A DNA stretch of 64,000 nucleotides from Mustelus asterias (taxonomy: Eukaryota): positions 24,676,001-24,740,000 of the forward strand of contig NC_135808.1 of NCBI RefSeq assembly GCF_964213995.1, read 5' to 3'. This document shows, piece after piece, positions 12,228 through 22,971 of the stretch. Below the pieces are notes generated by a model that saw nothing but the letters and a program-made list of their open reading frames with translations, was not told where the DNA came from and did not search any database. Positions within the stretch are counted from its first letter, which is position 1, and the number at the start of each line of letters is the position of its first letter. Both the position numbers and the translations under genes were made by a program.

Positions 12228-12489
12228 GCAGGAATTTGAAGGGAAAATAGCAGCTCCTCACTGGGGGGAGGGATTGTGGGAGAGTATTCCAGGTGGGGGT
12301 GGCTCAGGCTGTGGGACTCAGGTTGGTGTGGAGGAGGTCACAGAGTGGGTGGGAGAGCCGCAGGGTTGGGATAGGGAGGGTGAGGGGCTCAAGAAAAAGG
12401 GGGAGAGTTTGAGAATTCTGGGCTCTCATGTTGGATGAGGAGTTGAGGGCATCAGTGAGAGTCCCGGATCCCTGCAGGAGTGAGGGGCT

Positions 12490-13438
12490 CAGGTCAGTGT
12501 GGGAGTGGGGGACTCGGGTCAGTGTGGGAGTGGGGGACTCGGGTCAGTGTGGGAGTGGGGGACTCGGGTCAGTATGGGAGTGGGGGGCTCGGGTCAGTGT
12601 GGGAGTGGAGGACTCGGGTCAGTGTGGGAGTGGGGGACTCGGGTCAGTGTGGGAGTGGGGGACTCGGGTCAGTGTGGGAGTGGGGGACTCGGGTCAGTGT
12701 GGGAGTGGGGGACTCGGGTCAGTGTGGGAGTGGGGGACTCGGGTCAGTGTGGGAGTGGGGGACTCGGGTCAGTGTGGGAGTGGGGGACTCGGGTCAGTGT
12801 GGGAGTGGGGGACTCGGGTCAGTGTGGGAGTGGGGGACTCGGGTCAGTGTGGGAGTGGGGGACTCGGGTCAGTGTGGGAGTGGGGGACTCGGGTCAGTGT
12901 GGGAGTGGGGGACTCGGGTCAGTGTGGGAGGGGGGACTGGGGTCAGTGTGGGAGTGGGGGACTGGGGTCAGTGTGGGAGTGGGGGACTGGGGTCAGTGTG
13001 GGAGTGGGGGACTGGGGTCAGTGTGGGAGTGGGGGACTCGGGTCAGTGTGGGAGTGGGGGACTCGGGTCAGTGTGGGAGGGGGGACTGGGGTCAGTGTGG
13101 GAGTGGGGGACTGGGGTCAGTGTGGGAGTGGGGGGCTCGGGTCAGTGCGGGAGTGGGGGGCTCGGGTCAGTGCGGGAGTGGGGGGCTCGGGTCAGTGTGG
13201 GAGTGGGGGGCTCGGGTCAGTGCGGGAGTGGGGGACTGGGGTCAGTGTGGGAGTGGGGGACTCGGGTCAGTGTGGGAGTGGGGGACTCGGGTCAGTGTGG
13301 GAGTGAGGGGCTCGGGTGCGTGTGGGAGTGAGGGGTTTGGGTCAGTGTGGGAGTGAGGGGCTCGGGTCAGTGTGGGAGTGAGGGACTGGGGTCAGTGTGG
13401 GAGTGAGGGGTTTGGGTGAGTGTGGGAGTGAGGGACTC
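12490..13438 (+). repeat. 25-bp G-rich minisatellite (GGGTCAGTGTGGGAGTGGGGGACTC)n, G-quadruplex-prone
   Basis: About 38 copies with three G-runs per unit; all three + frames are open only because the unit has no stop codon. Confidence 0.95.
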
Positions 13439-14016
13439 GTGTTTGTTGCTCTGATGAATTGTGCTGGTGTTTAGGGGTCTGATGGGTTTGAGCTCATCAA
13501 GCCTCCTTCTCCCCTCTTCCAAATTTTCAATGATGAGCTCACCTTAAATCCACGCTAACTTTCCTTGATTAATCTGTGCCTTTCTAAATGAAGGTTTATA
13601 CTTCATCACATTGGAATTATTAATTCCAATAATTTTCCCACCAAGTAAGTTAAACTAACTGGTGTATAATTACTCAGATTGCCCCTTCATCCCTTTTCAA
13701 TCCATGGTGTAATGCTGTCAGTCCTTTAATCTCCGTTCACTCTCCTGTGACCGGGAAGAATGATTCTGATTATCGGAGCCTCTGCAATTCCCTCCTTTGC
13801 TCCTTTTAACCTGGTGATTTATCTCCTCTCAAACTTGTAAAATCCCTGAATACATCATCTCTTACAATGTTTATCTGATGCAGTAATTCACACATTTCCT
13901 CCTCAACTGCAATGTCAACATTGCTCCCTGTTTCCCAAACACAGTGGCAATGTATTTATTGTAAGAAGTTTAACAACACCAGGTTAAAGTCCAACAGGTT
14001 TATTTTGTAGCAAAAG

Positions 14017-14061
14017 CCATACGAGCTTTCGGAGCTCCAAGCCCCTTCTTCAGGTGAGTGG
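14017..14061 (-). ncRNA. Hammerhead motif, inverted pLTR copy
   Basis: Minus strand reads CACTCAC-CTGAAGA-A-GGGGCT TGG AGCTCC-GAAA-GC-TC-GTATGG. Confidence 0.7.
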
Positions 14062-16918
14062 GAATTCTGTTCACAAACAGGGCATATAAAGACACAAACT
14101 CAATTTACATGAATAATGGTTGGAATGCGAATACTTACAGCTAATCAAGTCTTTAAGATACAAACAACGTGAGTGGAGAGAGCATCAAGACAGGCTAAAA
14201 AGATGTGTATTGTCTCCAGACAAGACAGCCAGTGAAACTTTGCAGGTTCAGGCAAGCTGTGGGGGTTACAAATAGTGTGACATGAACCCAATATCCCGGT
14301 TGAGGCCGTCCTCGTGTGTGCAGAACATGGCTATCAGTTTCTGCTCAGCGACTCTGCGCCGTCGTGTGTCGTGAAGGCCGCCTTGGAGAATGCTTACCCG
14401 AATATCAGAGGCCGAATGCCCGTGACCGCTGAAGTGCTTCCCAACAGGAAGAGAACAGTCTTGCCTGGTGATTGTCGAGCGGTGTTCATTCATCCGTTGT
14501 CGCAGCGTCTGCATGTTTTCCCCAATGTACCATGCCTCGGAACATCCTTTCCTGCAGCGTATCACGTAGACAACGTTGGCCGAGTTGCAAGAGTATGTGC
14601 CGTGTACCTGGTGGATGGTGTTCTCACATGAGATGATGTCATCTGTGTCAATGATCCAGCATGTCTTGCCGAGGTTGCTGTGGCAGGGTTGTGTGGTGTC
14701 GTGGTCACTGTTCTCCTGAAGGCTGGGTAGTTTGCTGCGGACAATGGTCTGTTTGAGGTTGTGTGATTGTTTGAAGGCAAGAAATGCGGGTGTGGGGATA
14801 GCCTTGGAGAGATGTTCGTCTTCATCAATGACATGTTGAAGGCTCCGGAGGAGATGCCGTAGCTTCTCCGCTCCGGGGAAGTAATGGACGACGAAGGGTA
14901 CTCTGTCTATTGTGTCCCATGTTTGTCTTCTGAGGAGGTCGGTGCGGTTTTTCACTATAGCACGTTGGAACTGTTGATCAATGAGTCGAGCACTATATCC
15001 TGTTCTCATGAGGGCATCTTTCAGCGTCTGGAGGTGTCTGTTGCGATCCTCCTCATCCGAGCAGATCCTGTGTATACGGGGGGGGCTTGTCCGTAGGGGA
15101 TGGCTTCTTTAACATGTTTAGGGTGGAAGCTAGGGCAGTGGAGCATCGTGAGGTTATCCGTGGGCTTGCGGTACGGTGAGGTACTGAGGTGACCATCCTT
15201 AATGGAGATGCGTGTGTCCAAGAATGCAACCGATTCCGGAGAGTCGTCCATGGTGAGTCTGATGGTGGGATGGAACTTGTTGATGTCATCATAGAGTTGT
15301 TTCAGTGATTGTTCACCATGAGTCCAAAGGAAGAAAATGTAATCGATGTATCAGTACACTTCTAAATGACAACTAAACAATGAGGAACACTGCAGACAGT
15401 TACCTGCAGATCCGACCAAAGAACACACCCATCAACTCAACACTCTGATCAAGACCTTTGATCCGGACCTTCAGAGCACCCTCCTTGCTCTCATCCCACG
15501 TACTCCACACGTTGGAAATCTCTACTGCCTCCCGAAGATACACAAGGCAAACACACCTGGCCATCCCATCATATCGGGCAATGGAACCTTGTGCGGGAAC
15601 CTCTCCGGCTATGTCGAGGGCATCCTGAAACCCATTGTACGAAGAACTCCCAGCTTTTGTCATGACACTGTGGACTTCCTACAGAAACTCGGCATACATG
15701 GAGCAGTTGAACCAGGAGCACTCCTCGTCACAATGGATGTCTCGGCACTCTACACCAGCATCCCCACGATGATGGCATTGCTGCAATGGCCTCAGTGCTC
15801 AGCGCCGACAAATGCCAGTTTCCAGATGCAATTTTACAACTCATCCGCTTCATCCTGGACCACAATGTCTTCACCTTCAACAACCAGTTCTTCATCCAGA
15901 CACACGGAACAGCCATGGGGACCAAATTCGCACCTCAATATGCCAACATCTTCATGCACAGGTTCGAACAAGACTTCTTCACCGCACGGGACCTTCAACC
16001 GATGCTATACACTAGATACATCGATGACATTTTCTTCCTTTGGACTCATGGTGAACAATGACTGAAACAACTCTATGATGACATCAACAAGTTCCACCCC
16101 ACCATCAGACTCACCATGGACTACTCTCCGGAATCGGTTGCATTCTTGGACACACGCATCTCCATTAAGGACGGTCACCTCAGCACCTCACTGTACCGCA
16201 AGCCCACGGATAACCTCATGATGCTCCACTTCCCCAGCTTCCACCCTAAACAGTTAAAGAAGCCATCCCCTACGGACAAGCCCTCCATATACACAGGATC
16301 TGCTCAGATGAGGAGGATCGCAACAGACACCTCCAGACGCTGAAAGATGCCCTCATGAGAACAGGATATAGTGCTCGACTCATTGATCAACAGTTCCAAC
16401 GCGCCACAGCGAAAAACCGTACCGACCTCCTCAGAAGACAAACACGGGACACAGTGGACAGAGTACCCTTCGTCGTCCAGTACTTCCCTGGAGTGGAGAA
16501 GCTACGGCATCTCCTCCGGAGCCTTCAACATGACATTGATGAAGACGAACATCTCGCCAAGGCCATCCCCACACCCCCACTTCTTGCCTTCAAACAACCG
16601 TACAACCTCAAACAGACCATTGTCCGCAGAAGACTACTCAGCTTTCAGGAGAACAGTGACCACGACACCACACAACCCTGTCACAGCGACCTCAGCAAGA
16701 CGTGCCGGATCATTGACACAGATGCCATCATCTCACGTGAGAACACCATCCACCAGGTACACGGTACATACTCTTGCAACTCGGCCAACGTTGTCTACCT
16801 GATACGCTGCAGGAAAGGATGTCCCGAGGCATGGTACATTGGGGAAACTATGCAGACGCTGCGACAATGGATGAATGAACACCGCTCGACAATCACCAGG
16901 CACCTGTGAACAGAATTT

Positions 16919-16963
16919 CCACTCACCTGAAGAAGGGGCTTGGAGCTCTGAAAGCTTGTGTGG
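16919..16963 (+). ncRNA. Minimal type-I hammerhead ribozyme motif in Penelope pLTR
   Basis: CAC-CTGAAGA-A-GGGGCT(TGG)AGCTCT-GAAA-GC-TT-GTG: core CUGANGA and GAAA, stem II, stem I CAC/GTG, palindromic AAGCTT at helix III. Confidence 0.75.
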
Positions 16964-17427
16964 CTTTTGCTACCAAATAAACCTGTTGGACTTTCACCTG
17001 GTGTTGTTAAACTTCTTAATGTGTTTTACCCCAGTCCAACGCCGGCATCTCCACATAATGTATTTATTCACAACCTCGCCACATTCTCCACCCTCTCTCA
17101 CAGGCTATCTTGTTGGTCTCCAAAAAGTTCTCCCCTTTCCTTATCCTTTTCTCTTCATGTACTGATACAGCATGTTTGGAGGTTCTTTGATATTTTCTTG
17201 GCAGCATTTTTCATGCCCTCTCTTTACTTTTCTGATTTCCTTTTTAATTTCACCCTGACACTCTCTGTACTATTCCAGGTTTCTGCATTATTAGGCGTGA
17301 GGCGTCTGATGGACTTTGCTGTTGGTATATGTGGGAGTTGGGTGGATCTGATGTGTTTTGTTGGGGGTGCTCCAGCTCTGCTGGGTTTGCCTCACTCTAA
17401 AGTGATGTCTTTCTTTCTCATCCCCAG

Positions 17428-17531
17428 TGCGGGCCCGGCAGTTTAATCCAGAGGTACCAGTCCCTGAGAACAGCAGTGGACAAGAGAATGAGGGAAGATG
17501 TGATGTCATCAAGCTGACAACCATTAACTGA
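17428..17531 (+). CDS. Candidate MHC class I cytoplasmic (last) exon, copy 1
   Basis: Acceptor ttctttctcatccccAG. Phase-1 join with the TM exon gives an open frame VRARQFNPEVPVPENSSGQENEGRCDVIKLTTIN-TGA; AATAAA follows at 17710-17715. Confidence 0.6.
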
Positions 17532-17709
17532 TTCAAGTTCCACATTTGTAACTCTGTAACTGGAACTGTGGTCATGGTTTGTCAGGAATTCCCCTATTTG
17601 GTGCTGCACTTTTTAAGCTATTCTGATCTGCCCTATCATCCTGCACAAATTCTAGGAACTTGTCTCGTTCACTGCAAACTGCAATCTGTAACTTTGCTGC
17701 AATGTCTGC

Positions 17710-17715
17710 AATAAA
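17710..17715 (+). promoter_or_regulatory. Candidate polyadenylation signal of the MHC class I gene
   Basis: AATAAA about 180 bp after the stop codon of the candidate last exon, followed by T-rich sequence. Confidence 0.45.
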
Positions 17716-17814
17716 TGATTTATTTTCACTTCCTGCCTCTGCAAAGTCTTCAATACAAAACTAATATTACTGGGGTAGGGTAACACCACTGCAGTGGAGA
17801 ACATTTCAAGACAT

Positions 17815-18138
17815 GGGCGTTACGGTGGCACAGTGGTTAGCACTGCTGCTTCACAGCGCCAGGGACCTGGATTCAATTCCCAGCTTAGGTCACTTTCTGT
17901 GTGGAGTTTGCACATTCTCCTCGTGTCTGCGTGGGTTGCCTCCGGGTGCTCCGGTTTCCTCCCACAGTCCAAAGATGTGCGGGTTAGGTGGACTGGCAAT
18001 GCTAAAATTGCCCCTTAGTGTCAGGGGGACTAGCTAGGGTAAATGCATGGGTTGCGGTGAGAGGGGTCTGGGTGGTATTGTGGTCGGTGCAAACATGATG
18101 GGCTGAATGGCCTCCTTCTGCACTGTATGATTCTATGA
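17815..18138 (+). mobile_element. HE1-type SINE
   Basis: A/B boxes and GATTCTATGA tail; the paralogous copy at 23253-23487 is 3'-truncated. Confidence 0.9.
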
Positions 18139-18189
18139 ATTTGAGAAGAAATGACCAGAAATGTACATCAAGAGGAATTAGTAACAATA

Positions 18190-21100
18190 AATTAGCAGCA
18201 AGAACAGATTTCAAAAAGGAAGGTCAGGTACTAGAGAGTACCCCAGTGGCTGTGCCCCTTAAAAATAAGCACTCCTGTTTGAGTGCTGTTGAGGGGAGCA
18301 GCCTACCTGGGGGAAGCAATAGTGGCCGTGCCTCCGGCGCAGAGTCCGGCCCGGCAGCTCAGAAGGGTAGGGGAAGGGAGGATGAGCAAACTAACCGCCG
18401 CACCAAGGTACAGTGAGCCGTCCAAGTGGGGGGAGAAACAAGAAATGTAGTAGAAATTGGGGACAGTACACTTTTGGATGCCTTTGGGGGGGGGGGGGGG
18501 AAGACTGAGCAGGGGTAAGCCATAGTGTACAGGTCGCTGACTCAGAGTCTGTCCTTGTGGCTCAGAAGGGAAGGGGGGAGAGGTGTAGAGGATTAGTCAT
18601 TGGGGACTCCATAGTTGAAGGGACGGACAAGAGATTCTGCGGGAACGAGAGAGACTCGCGGTTGGTGTGTTGCCTCCCAGGAGCCAGAGTCCACGATGTC
18701 TCGGATCGTGTTTTCGAAATCCTTAAGGGGGAGGGGGACCTGCCCCAAGTTGTGGTTCACATAGGTACTCAAGACATAGGTAGGAAAAGGGGTGGGGATG
18801 TAAGGCAGAAATTCAGGGAGTTAGGGTGGAAGCTTAGGGCTAGAACAAACAAAGTTGTTATCTCTGGTTTGTTACCCGTGCCACGTGATAGTGAGGAGAG
18901 GAATAGGGAAAGAGAGCAGTTGAACACGTGGTTACAGGGATGGTGCAGGAGGGAAGGTTTCAGATCCCTGGACAATTGGGGCTCTTTCTGGGGTAGGTGG
19001 GACCTCTACAAACAGGATGGTCTGCACCTGAACCAGAGGTGTACCAATATCTTGGGGGAGAAAATTTGCTAATGCTCTTCGGGAGGGTTTAAAGTAATTC
19101 AGCAGGGGGGTGGGTACCTGAATTGTAGCTCCGGTGTGCAGGAAGTTATGATGTGGAGATGCCGGCGTTGGACTGGGGTAAACACAATAAGAAGTTTAAC
19201 AACACCAGGTTAACCTGGTGTTGTTAAACTTCTTACTGTGCAGGAAGTTGACAGTAGTGAGGTCATGAATGAGGTTTCAGGGTCGCAGGAGTGTACTAGC
19301 AGGCAGGAAGGTGGTTTGAAGTGTATATACTTCAACGCCAGGAGAATCCGGAATAAGGTGGGTGAACTTGCAGCATGGGTTGCTACCTGGGATTTCGATG
19401 TTATGGCCATCTCGGAGACATGGATAGAGCAGGGACAGGAATGGTTGTTGCAGGTTCCAGGGTTTAGATGTTTCAGTAAGTGCAGGGAAGGTGGTAAAAG
19501 AGGGGGAGGTGTGGCATTGTTAGTCAAGGACAGTATTACGGTGGCAGAAAGGACATTGAGGAGGACTCGTCTACTGAGGTAGTTTGGTCTGAGGTTAGAA
19601 ACAGGAAAGGAGAGGTCACCCTGTTGGGAGATTTTTATAGATCTCTGAAAAGTTCCAGAGATGTACAGGAAAAGATTGCAAAGATGATTCTGGATAGGAG
19701 CGAAAGTAACAGGGTAGTTGTACTGGGGGACTTTAACTTTACAAATATTGACTGGAAAAGCTATAGTTCGAGAATTTTGGAGGGGTCGGTTTTTGTCCAA
19801 TGTGTGCAGGAAGGCTTCCTGACACAGAATGTAGAAAGACCAACAAGAGGCGAGGCCACATTGGATTTGGTACTGGGTAATGAAACAGGCCAGGTGTTAG
19901 ATTTGGAGGTAGGTAAGCACTTTAGTGACAGTGACCGCAATTCGATTACGTTTACCTTAGCTATGGAAAAGGATAGGTATATACCAAAGGGCAAGAGTTA
20001 TAGCTGGGGGAAAGGAAATTATGATGCGGTTTGGGGAGATTTAGCTGGCATAGGGGAAGGAAACTGCAGGGGATGGGCACAATTGTAATGTGGAACTTGT
20101 TCAAGGAACAGCTACTACACGTCCTTGATAAATATGTACCTGTCAGGCAGGGAGGAAACAGACGTGTGAGGGAACTGTGGTTTACTCAGGAGATTGAATC
20201 TCTTGTGAAGAGGAAGAAGGAGACTTATGTTAAGATGAGACATAAAGGCTCAGTTAGGGAGCTTGAGAGTTACAAGTTAGCCAGGAAGGACCTAAAGAAA
20301 GAGTTAAGAAGAGCCAGGAGCGGACATGAGAAGTCTTTGGCAGGTAGGATCAAGGAAAACCCGAAAGCTTTCTATAGGTATGTCAGGAGTAAAAGAATGA
20401 CGAGGGTAAGATTAGGGCCAGTCAAGGACAGGAGTGGGAAGTTGTGCGTGGAGTCTGAAGAGATAGGAGAGGCACTAAATGAATATTTTTCGTCAGTATT
20501 CACACTGGAGAGGGACAGTGTCGAGGGGAGTACTGAGATGCAGGCTGTTGGACTGGATGGGATTGAGGTTCATAAGGAGGAGGTGTTAGCAATTCTGGAT
20601 AGGGTAAAAATATATAAGTCCCCTGGGCCGGATGGGATTTATCCTAGGATTCTCTGGGAGGCTAGGGGGGAGATTGCAGAGCCTTTGGCTTTGATCTTTG
20701 GGTCGTCATTGTCTACTGGAACAGTGCCAGAAGACTGGAGGATAGCAAATGTTGTCCCCTTGTTCAAAAAGGGGAGTAGGGACAACCCTGGTAATTATAG
20801 ACCAGTGAGCCTTACTTCTGTTGTGGGCAAAGTATTGGAAAGGATTATAAGAGATAGGATTTATAATCACCTGGAAAGGAATAATTTGATTTGGGATAGT
20901 CAGCACGGTTTTGTGAAGGGTAGGTCGTGCCTCACAAACCTTATTGAGTTCTTTGAGAAGGTGACCAAAGAGGTGGATGAGGGTAAAGCGGTTGATGTGG
21001 TGTATATGGATTTCAGCAAAGCGTTTGATTAGGTTCCCCATGGTAAGCTTTTGCAGAAAATACGGACACATGGGATTGAGGGTGATTTACTGGTTTGGAT

Positions 21101-21907
21101 CAGGAATTGGCGAGCTGTAAGAAAACAGAGGGTGGTGGTTGATGGGAAATATTCATCCTGGAGTTCAGGTACCAGTGGTGTACCGCAAGGATCTGTTTTG
21201 GGGCCACTGTTGTTTGTCATTTTTATTAATGACTTGGATGAGGGTGCAGAAGGATGGGTTAGTAAATTTGCGGATGACACTAAAGTCGGTGGAGTTGTAG
21301 ACAGTGCGGAGGGAAGTGGCAGGTTACAAAGGGACATAGATAAGCTGCAGAGCTGGGCTGAGAGCTGACAAATGCAGTTTAATGCAGAAAAGTGCGAAGT
21401 GATTCACTTTGGGAGGAGTAATAGGAATACAGAGTACTGGGCTAATGGTAAGATACTTGGTAGTGTGGATGAACAGAGGGATCTGGGTGTCCATGTGCAT
21501 AGATCCCTGAAAGTTGGCACCCAGGTTGATAGGGTTGTTAAGAAGGCGTACGGTGTGTTAGCTTTTATTGGGAGAGGGATTGAGTTTCGAAACCAGGAGG
21601 TCATGTTGCAATTGCACAAAACTCTGGTGTGGCCGCACTTGGAGTATTGCGTACAGTTCTGGTCACTGCATTATAGGACAGATGTTAGAGGTAGGTTCTT
21701 TACTCAGAGAGTAGTAAGGGCGTGGAATGCCCTGCATGTAGCAGTAGTGGACTCGTCAACATTAAGAGCATTCAAATGGTTATTGGATAAACATATGGAT
21801 GATATTGGAATAGTTTAGATTAGAGGGACTTTAGATTGGTTTCACTGGTTGGCGCAACATCGAGGGCCGAAGGGCCTGTACTGTGCTGTAATGTTCTATG
21901 TTCTATG
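18190..21907 (+). mobile_element. Near full-length CR1 (HER1-like) LINE
   Basis: ORF1 SGNH esterase (VIGDS, CLPGARV, HIGTQD, DGLHLN); ORF2 APE endonuclease (FNARRIRNK, ISETW, GDFN) and RT ([36 protein letters not shown]); (GTTCTAT)n tail. Several stops and frameshifts. Confidence 0.95.
19148..19236 (-). mobile_element. Mini Penelope-like insertion (family 1), 89 bp
   Basis: Tail plus short hairpin centred on CCAGGTTAACCTGG; 13-bp TSD TGTGCAGGAAGTT (19135-19147, 19237-19249). Confidence 0.88.
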
Positions 21908-22254
21908 ATGGTGCTTCTCAAAGGTCCGAGTATTCTTTGAGATGGTAACAGACATGATGATGGGAAAACGTGGTGGATATGTGCAGCTGGATTTTAGAAA
22001 AATGTTCCCACACAGGGATTATCAGTTAAGATTAAATGAGTACTTTGCGCATCTCTTTAACTGGATCACAATGTTCTTGTATCATTGCCGCCTCTCATTC
22101 CAGATTAAAACCTGGAAGATGCATGAAGGTGACAATAAGTAACCTTTGCGGTCTTGTCCAGTTCCACCTCCCAAGCTGTAATTCCTGATTTTGATAACCC
22201 ACCACACAGGTGTGTGACGCATGTCCTGTAGTTCCATGTGGAATTTAGGCTGCC

Positions 22255-22560
22255 AGCTGAGTAGAGGTATTGCAACAGGACTAGTAATCCAGAGACACAG
22301 GATAAATTTCTGGGAACCGAGATTTGAATCCCACCAAGACAGAGGGTGGAATTTGACCTCAAGAAAAAATAAAATCTGGAATTAAAAGTCTAATGATGAC
22401 CATGAAACCATTATTAATTGTTGTAAAAACCCATCTTGTTCACTGCTGTCGTTTAGGGAAGGAAATCTGCCATCCTTACCTGGTCTGGCCTGCATGTGAC
22501 TCCAGACCCACAGCAATGTGGTTGTCTCTTAAATGTCTTTGGAAATGACCCAGCAGGATC
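22255..22560 (+). mobile_element. Second SINE-like family (degenerate)
   Basis: B-box-like GATTTGAATCCC; its 3' segment (GACTCCAGACCCACAGCAATGTGGTTG) recurs at about 32780-32885. Confidence 0.55.
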
Positions 22561-22867
22561 TAGGTGGAGGGCGTGCAATGTTCATCTACCCACTTCAGCT
22601 GCATCACTGTAGCTTGTCACCAGGTGGTTCCACTGCGGCATCCTCTTTGACAGAGCTGCCTTGGGCTCAGCACACTGTGGGGGGAGCTGATTAAGATCCA
22701 GCAGAGGGAGTGTCTGCTGGGTAGTTGTTTATAGAGCTGGCCAATTAAGATGCCGTGTCCAGCACCCAATGTGGGAGTTGGGTGGATCTGATGTGTTTTG
22801 TTGGGGGTGCTCCAGCTCTGCTGGGTTTGCCTCACTCTAAAGTGATGTATTTCTTTCTCATCCCCAG

Positions 22868-22971
22868 TGCGGGCCAGGCAGTGTAATCCAGAGGTACCAG
22901 TCCCTGAGAACAGCAGTGGACAAGAGAATGAGGGAAGATCTGCTGTCATCGAGCTGACAGCGACCAACTGA
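22868..22971 (+). CDS. Candidate MHC class I cytoplasmic (last) exon, copy 2
   Basis: Same acceptor, same length, open frame VRARQCNPEVPVPENSSGQENEGRSAVIELTATN-TGA. The downstream AATAAA-containing segment of copy 1 is absent. Confidence 0.45.

Larger units (their letters stand above)
13961..17056 (+). mobile_element. Penelope-like retroelement (family 1), inverted/forward composite
   Basis: Forward copy 15353-17056 has PLE RT (YCLPKIHK, TMDVSALYTSIP, GTAMG, RYIDD) and GIY-YIG endonuclease (NVVYLIRC...WYIGET). Inverted 3' copy at 13961-15352. 12-bp TSD AATGTATTTATT (13949-13960, 17057-17068). Frameshifts and stops present. Confidence 0.93.
17329..18048 (+). repeat. ~720-bp segment duplicated at 22769-23487
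   Basis: Shared intron end, candidate exon, 3' UTR and the same SINE insertion point (ATTTCAAGACAT|GGGCG). Confidence 0.92.

Noticed and set aside
12428-13356. Three ~290-aa Gly/Trp-rich ORFs
   Set aside because: Translations of a stop-free 25-bp minisatellite in all three frames.
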